A stretch of 33,295 bases of DNA, taken from Priapulus caudatus (Eukaryota). The notes under the pieces were generated by a model that was not told the origin of the DNA, ran no database searches, and saw only the letters and a program-made list of their open reading frames with translations. Numbering within the stretch: the first letter of the stretch is position 1; every line of letters starts with the position of its first letter. This document shows positions 25,731-33,295 of the stretch, piece by piece. The DNA is taken from the NCBI RefSeq assembly GCF_000485595.1, contig NW_014577068.1, forward strand, positions 511,701 to 544,995. The letters run 5' to 3'. The position numbers and the translations under genes were made by a program.

Positions 25731-26530
25731 AACGAGAGTGGATAGGGCCGGATGGTTACATGGCTCGATGTGTAGTTGATATATAGGCGTGGGGAAGCGC
25801 AAGGGACTCCTGAATAAAGCCTATCGAAGCTAGCCACGCGTGCTCTAGCTGAAAGTGTAACAGGGACGTGGTCAGCAAATGGCGACTATACGTGAGCATT
25901 ACCGAGGGTCACACCGCGACCTTTATTGCCAACTACAGTTGCATGATGTTATGTATGTATTTTCCCCAGACGTGGTGTTTAAGTGTGGACAGACATGGGC
26001 GGGGCGAGGGGACACCAAAATGTAGGTTGGGTCTATCGTTAATATTCCCTAGAGCCGATATATTAGTTGAGAAATACGTTGTTTGTGCTAAATTCTTCGA
26101 TCATCTGACTCAACAGTTATTAGAGCGCAACCCAAAAGATGCCAGTAAAAAGGACAAGGTAGAATAATAATATAATAAAATATTGCTGATACGGAAGACT
26201 CCGCGCCATACCAAAATCTATTAAATCTATACACAAAGCTATACCAAAATCTTGTTGACTAACTATACAATTTTCTGTCACGTACATTCATTTCTATATA
26301 AAATGCCTCGTAAATACCTGTAATGCATTATTTTTGCTCTTCAAACTTTTCGGCAAATCGGACTATATGTTGAAGTGGGTGTACCCCACGCCCTTCGCAT
26401 TAATTGTACCTATTTGCTGGAACAATTTAGACTTGTACTAGAATTCTTAATAATTATACTTAGAACAACCATTGCCTTGCTGGGCTTCCGTTCGCTGCTT
26501 GTTGTGCCTGGCGTCGTGCTTACGGGAAAG

Positions 26531-26590
26531 TAGATCAGATCAGATAGATGGATAGATAGATTGATAGGATTGTAGAATGATGATAGATAT
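26531..26590. repeat. Degenerate (GATA)n microsatellite
   Basis: Direct reading. Confidence 0.75.
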
Positions 26591-26640
26591 ATTCGCGGAG
26601 TGCGAAGCGTGCAGGTGGAGGAGGACTGTGGGTTGCCCCC

Positions 26641-27200
26641 TAGCGCGGACCGCACCCAGCCGATTTTAAAACGAATGGAAGCGTATGAACAGCGATGAAG
26701 GCCGATGAAAGCGACTGTGAGGTGGCGCGTTCATTTGGTAGACGGATTTTATTATCGGGTGATCGTTCCCAAGTCAAAACTCATGTTTGATTTTGAACGA
26801 TGAGCCGATGAGGCCGCATGTTTAGCCGCCGCCACACCATTACATCGCTTTCGATCGCATAACTTGCTTCGCGCCAACCCTTGAGACGTGGCTGTCGCAC
26901 GTACCTGTAGCGCTGGTTCCGTCCGAGGAACGGCCCTTTTAAATCCGGCTCTCGGCTATACATCTGGCTTTCAAAATCAAAAAGTGGTGTTCGATTTGGG
27001 CGAAGTCAAACCGGATAAAAATTGTTCTACAAATGAACGCGCAGCACGGGCACAAGTTGTCCGCGTCAGCGGCAGGCGCGTCAGCTGCCAGCGGGGCGGA
27101 CCAAACCGCCCGCCAAGGCCAACCCCGTCACAGCGCATGAAAATTCGATCATCGGAAACAAACGCGTTTGTAAAATGAGCTGGGTGTGCGGCACGGCCTA
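26641..27200. mobile_element. Foldback/MITE-like element with long imperfect inverted arms
   Basis: Paired motifs: CCGCACCCAGC..TTTTAAAACG / CGTTTGTAAAAT..GCTGGGTGTGCGG; GCGCGTTCATTTG / CAAATGAACGCGC; TTTGATTTTGAA / TTCAAAATCAAA. Confidence 0.65.
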
Positions 27201-27322
27201 TTAGCCTGTGGTTGCGGTGTTTGTATAGATCTACCAGCCCAGCCGCACCTAGCGCGAAGTGCAACTGATAACGTGCATGTTCACAACCCACAAACCCACA
27301 AAACCAACACTCAAACACATAA

Positions 27323-27849
27323 ACGTCAGTATGAAACGACTTATCCCGAGCTAAAGTTATCCCGAGCTAAAGTTATCCCGCTTCAGAAGCGGGCTAAAGT
27401 CGTGCGCAGTATGAAACGACTTATCCCGAGCTAAAGTTATCCTGCTTCGGAAGAGGACTAAAGTCGTGCGCAGTATAAAAGGGGTATAAATGGGGTAAAA
27501 ATTCCACTGAATTTAGAGCGAGCTAAAGTCCTTTTATACTGACGTTAGCTCGGGTCTGAAGCGGACCTGAACCACCTCCTAGAGCGGCATAACTTTAGCT
27601 CGGGCTAAGTATGTTTCGCCTTTTATACTGGGGAGTGGGGGTTATCCCAATTCAGGTCCGGACCTGAAGCGGGATAACCCCCAGTATAAAAGGGGTATTA
27701 GAGAGCAAAGAATGCTGCTTAAAAATTATAATGCAATACCATGAACTTAGTCTAGAACCGCATAAAAAGTAGAATAATATTGCCGTGAAATAGCACTATT
27801 TTCCCGTTTTCCCGATGTGTTAACCGTTAGAGTGTCTAGGTGTTTATTA
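27323..27849 (-). mobile_element. Composite repeat copy lacking the long-TIR module; Harbinger-like MITE termini CAGTATAAAAGGGGTA followed by TAA/TTA
   Basis: Shares TTATCCCGAGCTAAAG subrepeats, the TCAGGTCCGGACCTGA palindrome and the GAGAGCAAAGAAT...CTAGGTGTTTATTA arm with 31406-32206. Confidence 0.8.
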
Positions 27850-28556
27850 TATATATAGCCCTAGCTTCCTTTATTGCCACTAATATTCATTCCATCTAGA
27901 AAACTTCATTTATACGTTAACATGCGTTTGCATCGATTTAACTCGTTAGTTTAATTAAGTCCACATATTGCAGCTGCTTTTGGTGTTTAAAAAGAAAGTG
28001 TAATGTCACTCAGTATACTACAGTGGAAATTTTAATATGCTGAAATTTAAATGATTTGACCAGAAATGTGAAGGAATGCAAGAAATGTAGGTGGTTCAAG
28101 TTTTCAACCAATAATCATGACTAGAGTGATAACCAGTCCGGCAGATTAGAACTAGAAGGGGACAATTTCAACTATTTAATATATAACCATCACCAGCGCT
28201 GCTGTATATATGTGTGAACGATCCATGAAGTTTGATTTCTTCTCTTTTCTGTGAAAAGGTTAATGGGTGTAGAAGTGACAAAAGTTATGTTAGTCAGATT
28301 ATCTTTATCTGTATTCGAGCTCTTTTACTTTACTGTTAGTTAATTTTATTGGTCGAATGACAAAAGCGTTAAATGATTCTAATCTAGAAGCGTATGAATG
28401 TTTTGTCTACATTATTACTAAGAGTTGAAAAGCAACGATTCGAAATTATTTATATTACCAAGAGCACCATGCAGTGCTTGTGTTTTGATTCTCTTGCAGT
28501 ATTGATGTGTAACTTTCAATATTTATTTTTCCCCTTTACTTTTATTTGTTGCACAT

Positions 28557-28864
28557 CAGTTACTGATGCTTTTTACGTGTGATCTTTAAATTGTTACACG
28601 ATTTCAAATCGCAATATTTTAGACTACAATAATATTGTAAGCTAACTGCCGTGGAGGCGTGCGGCTATAATTAAGTGTAGGGACTACGAGCCACGGAGTC
28701 TTATGCTATTACAATAATATCGAAGGAGCGCACTAGCACCTGGCCAGCGTAATTAGCCGCACGCCTCCGCGCCAGTTAGCTTACAATACTACTGTAGTTT
28801 AAAATATTGCGATTTGAAATCGTGTAACAATTTAAAGATCACACGTAAAAAGCATCAGTAACTG
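28557..28864. repeat. Inverted repeat, ~115-bp arms with ~80-bp spacer, ending at the gap
   Basis: CAGTTACTGATGCTTTTTACGTGTGATCTTTAAATTGTTACACGATTTCAAATCGCAATATTTTA... is mirrored at ~28751-28864. Confidence 0.9.
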
Positions 28865-28889
28865 NNNNNNNNNNNNNNNNNNNNNNNNN
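28865..28889. other. Assembly gap (25 N)
   Basis: Direct reading. Confidence 1.
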
Positions 28890-29559
28890 TAATTATTAAG
28901 AACTTTAGTACAGTTAAATTGTTCACAAATAGGTACAATTAATGCGAAGCGTAAACTCCACTTCAACATATAGTCCGATTTGCCAAAATTTGAAGAGCAA
29001 AATAATGCATTACAAGGTATTTACAGGGCATTTTATATAGAAATGAATGTACGTGACAGAAAATTGTATAGTAGTAACAAGATTTTGGTATAGTCTTTTG
29101 GTATAGATTTATAGATTTTGGTACCGTCTTCGTATCAAGCAAATATTTTATTATTTATTATTATACCTTGTTCCTTTTTATGCATTTTTGGGGTTGCGCT
29201 CTAATAACTGTTGAGTCAGATGATGAATTTACACAAATAACGTATTTCTCAACTAATATATTCGGTTAGGGATATATGCGATAACCCACAACTCATTTTG
29301 GTGTCTCGCCGCGCATGTCTGTACACTTAAACACACGTCTGGGGAAAATACATACATAACATCATGCAACTGTATGTGCATAAAGGTCCGTGTGACCTCG
29401 GTATGCTCAGTAGTCGCCATTGCTGACGTCCATGTTATCAGCTTCAGCTGGACACGCGTGGTAGCTTCGGATAGCTTTATTCAGGAGTCCTTGCGCTTCC
29501 CCACGACCTATATGTCAACTACATGAGCCATGTATCCATACCGGCCCCTATCCACCTTC

Positions 29560-29859
29560 GTTACAATTAATTAATTAATTAATTTACTAATTAATTAATT
29601 AATAAAATTTCCAGGATAGGTCAGAAATGGGGTAACTTAGAATTGATTACATTTTGGTGGTGATCCGGATTCAATTAATTAATTAATAAAATTTCCAGGA
29701 TAGGTCAGAAATGGGGTAACTTAGAATTGATTACATTTTGGTGGTGAACCGGATCCAATTAATTATTTTTTCCACTTAATTAATTAATTAATAAAAAATT
29801 TCACATTGAGAGAATTCAGCTGCCTTGGCGGAGGTCTGTGCTCTCCGAGTGCTCTAGTT
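29560..29859 (+). mobile_element. HINE/Helentron-type core (two 84-bp units) and 3' end
   Basis: Core repeats (CCAGGATAGG at 29611 and 29695; TTTTGGTGGTGATCCGGAT), then subTIR CCTTGGCGGAGGT, hairpin GTGCTCTCCGAGTGC and CTAGTT. Confidence 0.7.
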
Positions 29860-30181
29860 GTTTATATAACAACCTGCGAGTGTTCTAAGACATGTTAGCC
29901 CTACTGTAGACACTTGCTGTTCAGCAAGCAATACCAGTAAGTATCAAAGCAGTTGAGAAAATATGAGAAATGTTTAGTAAATGTCACTGTCCTGGATGCG
30001 TGTTGTTACTCATTTTGTCAGTTGGCACTAAAACGTGCTGCGGTGACACCGATTTGATCACACCACCACTTACTATATCATCGTTTACTCCCGTTGCTAC
30101 CATAACCCCTTAAATGTGGTTACTTCATATACCTGTATATCATCATTCACCCCTGATGTATATGTGTGTGTCTTGTTTCAG

Positions 30182-30264
30182 GTTGCTGTTTTGTCACATT
30201 TTACACACGAAAGGCCGCACTGGATGCACAGAATGCCTTACACAACATAAAAACAATGGCAGGG
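30182..30264 (+). CDS. CELF1/2: CELF1/2 next coding exon (83 nt), C-terminal half of RRM1
   Basis: Acceptor TCTTGTTTCAG ends 30181; G|GT completes Gly, then [27 protein letters not shown]; donor GG|GTAAGT at 30265. RNP1 KGCCFVTF and YTRKAAL are the CELF1/2 form (CELF3-6 have KGCAFLTY). Phase matches the upstream exon. Confidence 0.95.
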
Positions 30265-30887
30265 GTAAGTACCATCAACCTTATCAACCAGATAATAGCT
30301 TTGGAAAAAAACTACGCCAGGTACGGCAATAGAAAGTCATCAGAGAATTGCAGGAAGGATAGCAGGTGCTACTGACTGTGATGGTCGAATGAGAACGAAA
30401 TTGCAATGTGGTTGGTTAGTAGCCATAACTGTGATGGTCGGATGAGAGGAGAATTGCAGCTAAGGCAGCAGGAGTGGCCACGAGTGTCGGATGAGAGAGC
30501 AGAACTGCAGGAAGCTAAGAATGACTGTACGAGCGAGGCGAGGCGAGGCGGTGGCTGTCTCTCTCTCGCTGCCGTGTAGAGACAGCTGAATCCATCCCTA
30601 ACGTCGCCGCGATGCCGGCGAAACAAAAACTCTTGGAAGCTGGCGAAGAAGAAGAAGGTGCTGCCTCGTTACAGCTGCAGCTGCATCTCGCCAGGCTGAA
30701 CCGATTACACATACCGCTACTTTTGTTCGAGATGAAGAATCGGCCGCGTAGGTAAATAAACGCTTTCCACAGAATGAACGTGTGGAAGCGTTTCATAAAT
30801 GCGGATGTACGCCTTCATGGGGGAGGGGGGGGGAGCTGGGGGTGTGCATGCAAATAGCAACAGGCTGGTTCTCAGGTGACAGAAGTC

Positions 30888-30968
30888 TGCGTGTGCGTGT
30901 GTGTGTGCGTGCGTGTGTGTCTGTGTGTGTGTGCGCGTGCGTGTGTGCGTGCGTGTGTGCGTGCGTGT
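30888..30968. repeat. (GT)n/(GTGC)n microsatellite
   Basis: Direct reading; inverted counterpart ~24286-24365. Confidence 0.9.
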
Positions 30969-31512
30969 ATTTCTAGAACCAGTGAAGCTGTGGCTCAAGT
31001 GGCTTGGCATTCTAACTGACGTTATCCTAACTAAAGGAGCGATGAGGAAAGAACTGTTTAATCGAGTTTATTCTCGTGGCTCACAATATAAATAAATCTA
31101 AAGTTTAACGTGATTACGAAACTGGCCAGTAATTCTATTCATCTAAGTTATTCTGGGGGGAGGGCATGGTGAAGAGCAGATAAGGTCCTGTATCTCTTCT
31201 GTGCATTGAGAAGCCATCTACACACACTCAATCGATTCATTGGAATTCTGTGAGAAACTGAGAATTTGAAAAGTGACGTGAAAAGCTAGCTCAAGCGAGC
31301 TTTACTTAAGTTCATATAGCAGTAAGTCTGCGCTACCAAAAGAGTACAATTGGTTGTAGATTATATTATTATTAATGTTATTGGTTATATAGATATTGAT
31401 TGTATCAAGAGCTAATAAACACCTAGAGTGTACAACGGAAAAACGGGAAGATAGTGCTATTTCCCGGCAATATTATTCTACTTTGCTTGCGAGCCTAGAA
31501 TTCTTTGCTCTC

Positions 31513-31961
31513 TAAAACAAGACCAGCCGCTTGTCAATACGATACTCCTAGGCTGAGATATTGGCTCGTAAACTTCGCCTCCCACAGGCCTCACGGCGCT
31601 TTGCATCCACAATATTCACTATCCTTCTCGCCTTTTGCGGGTTAGAAAAGTCGCTTCGTGAGAGTTCGGTTTTTCCGCGATAACTTTATGAATGAACGGC
31701 GTTTCGGTTATCATCGGTGACTTTCGGGGGCATCACCTATGCCCTTATCTCCCATTATCTTTCCTAGCACGGCTAATGCCCTGTGACATCAATTATCAGC
31801 GCTCCAAGCGGCGACGGAAAACGATAGCCGACCCGCAAAAGGCGAGAAGGATAGTGAATATTGTGGATGCGAGGCGGCGTGAGACCTGTGGGAGGCATAT
31901 GATTACGCTCCAATATCTCGGCCTAGGAGTATCGTAGAGACAAGCGGTTGGTCTTATTTTA
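31513..31961. mobile_element. MITE with ~130-bp imperfect TIRs
   Basis: TAAAACAAGACCAGCCGCTTGTC..TACGATACTCCTAGGC...GCATCCACAATATTCACTATCCTTCTCGCCTTTTGCGGGT is mirrored at ~31831-31961. Confidence 0.85.
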
Positions 31962-32028
31962 TACCCCTTTTATACTGCGCACGACTTTAGTCCGCTTCAG
32001 AAAAGTCGTGTGCAGTATAAAAGGGGTA
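31962..32028. mobile_element. 67-bp Harbinger-like mini-MITE
   Basis: TIRs TACCCCTTTTATACTGCGCACGACTTT / AAAGTCGTGTGCAGTATAAAAGGGGTA, flanked by TTA at 31959-31961 and 32029-32031. Confidence 0.75.
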
Positions 32029-32689
32029 TTATACTGGGGGTTATCTCGCTTCAGGTCCGGACCTGAAGCGGGATAACCCCCAGTATAAAAGGTCGAAAAA
32101 TACTTAGCCCGAGCTAAAGTTATTCTGCTCTAGGAGGTGGTTCAGGTCCGCTTCAGACCCGAGCTAACGTCAGTATAAAACGACTTATCCCGAGCTAAAG
32201 TTATCCTACGTACGTACTTTGTAGAATCTTTGTGTACGCAATAAACTTTACGCAACGTTGATGAATCTCGGCCCTGCAGGTCTCGTTATTTTTGACTTGA
32301 CGACCTTTGAATAATTTTTATGAATACGATGCTAAATGAGTGTCGAATGTTGAATCGGATGCACTTGGGTTCGAGGCACAAAAATTCGGGTTGAAAATTA
32401 GACTCGTTCCTGAAAGAAGCCATTGAGTATCTCTGGATTTGTTCTCTCTCTGTTAAAAAAAATATTTTTCGCAATTAAAGAATTGAAAGCACACTGCCTA
32501 ATTACAAAATATTACCTGGAACTATAGATGTTAATAAAATTGGCTTTTATAGTGTATTCAAGTTATTCAGGATGTAATCACTTCAAAATATTCAAATTAG
32601 TTTGTGAATTAATATCACGCACGTACATTAGGTTAGAAGGAATGGAGATGAAAAGGAGAGAAACAGACAGAGACAGAGAGAGCTAGAAA

Positions 32690-32770
32690 GACGCACACGC
32701 GCACGAACACGCTCACACACGTACGCACACACACACGCACGCACGCACACACACACACACACACACACGC
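32690..32770. repeat. (CA)n/(GCAC)n microsatellite
   Basis: Direct reading. Confidence 0.9.
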
Positions 32771-32825
32771 TAACTGTGCCTAAACTGAGTGGTTCGTGAA
32801 ATCGTGTATGCCTCTTTCAGCCACA

Positions 32826-33126
32826 TGCACACGCGCGTTGCGATACGCGTGCACGCACGTGCACCAAAGCACGATACGCGTGCACGCACGTGCACCAAAG
32901 CACGATGCGCGTGCACCAAAGCACGATACGCGTGCACCAAAGCACGATACGCGTGCACGCACGTGCACCAAAGCACGATACGCATGCACGAACGTGCACC
33001 AAAGCACGATGCGCATGCACCAAAGCACGATACGCGTGCACGAACGTGCACCAAAGCACGATACGCGTGCACGCACGTGCACCAAAGCACGATACGCGTG
33101 CACGCACGTGCACCAAAGCACGATAC
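32826..33126 (+). repeat. Satellite of 31-bp units (GTGCACCAAAGCACGATACGCGTGCACGCAC) with 21-bp variants
   Basis: Direct reading; explains the repetitive ORFs 32770-33184. Confidence 0.92.
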
Positions 33127-33176
33127 AGAGGAGAGCGAGAGAGAGAGAGAGAAGAGAGAGAGGAGAGAGATAGAGA

Positions 33177-33215
<39 letters not shown>

Positions 33216-33232
33216 AGAGAGAGAGAGAGAGA

Positions 33233-33288
<56 letters not shown>

Positions 33289-33292
33289 AGAG
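33127..33292. repeat. (GA)n microsatellite
   Basis: Direct reading. Confidence 0.95.
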
Positions 33293-33295
33293 CGG

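Larger units (their letters stand above)
23545..26455 (-). repeat. Inverted duplicate of 28890-31676
   Basis: Colinear reverse complement end to end: 23545 pairs with ~31676 and TTCTTAATAATTA ~26455 pairs with 28890. Confidence 0.95.
15700..30181 (+). other. CELF intron (GT..AG, 14,482 nt as assembled)
   Basis: Canonical donor and acceptor joining two in-frame RRM1 exons; true length uncertain because of two gaps and duplicated sequence. Confidence 0.85.
28890..31676 (+). repeat. Sense copy of the inverted duplication, containing the intact CELF exon
   Basis: Reverse complement of 23545-26455. Confidence 0.95.
31406..32206 (+). mobile_element. Composite nested MITE repeat (cleanest copy)
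   Basis: CAAGAGCTAATAAACACCT terminus, long-TIR module, 67-bp mini-MITE and palindromic module. Confidence 0.85.

Noticed and set aside
30265..30375. Read-through ORF after the CELF exon ([15 protein letters not shown]...)
   Set aside because: Strong GTAAGT donor at the position where CELF homology stops; the expected continuation (MHHPIQMKPAD-like) is not in the window.
30335..30515. Degenerate ~50-bp repeats (ACTGTGATGGTCGRATGAGA..AATTGCA) downstream of the exon
   Set aside because: Only two clear and two faint units with no consistent frame; too weak to interpret.
32770..33184. Multiple repetitive ORFs
   Set aside because: Translations of the 31/21-bp satellite and (GA)n.

Overview
This is eukaryotic (invertebrate-like) genomic DNA, not prokaryotic. 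The only host gene I can support is a CELF1/2 (CUGBP/Bruno-like) RNA-binding protein gene on the + strand. Two exons (15520-15699 and 30182-30264) splice in frame across a ~14.5-kb GT-AG intron to give almost all of RRM1, and the gene continues beyond the window. The rest is repeats: a ~6.1-kb tandem duplication (2027-8148 / 8149-14099) carrying a 51-bp minisatellite, a 1.3-kb (CT)n tract, an internally deleted PIF/Harbinger transposon with TAA target duplications, several MITE/foldback and Helentron-associated (HINE-like) fragments, and a nested MITE composite present four times. A ~2.8-kb inverted duplication (23545-26455 vs 28890-31676) puts an antisense, indel-ridden copy of the second CELF exon inside the intron. 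Both inverted copies start exactly at 25-N gaps and differ mostly by single-base indels, so long-read gap-filling or misassembly is the leading explanation. Nearly all ORFs in the track are translations of repeats. I found no well-supported novel biological system; the candidates are listed with tests. Repeat boundaries were read by eye and are approximate.
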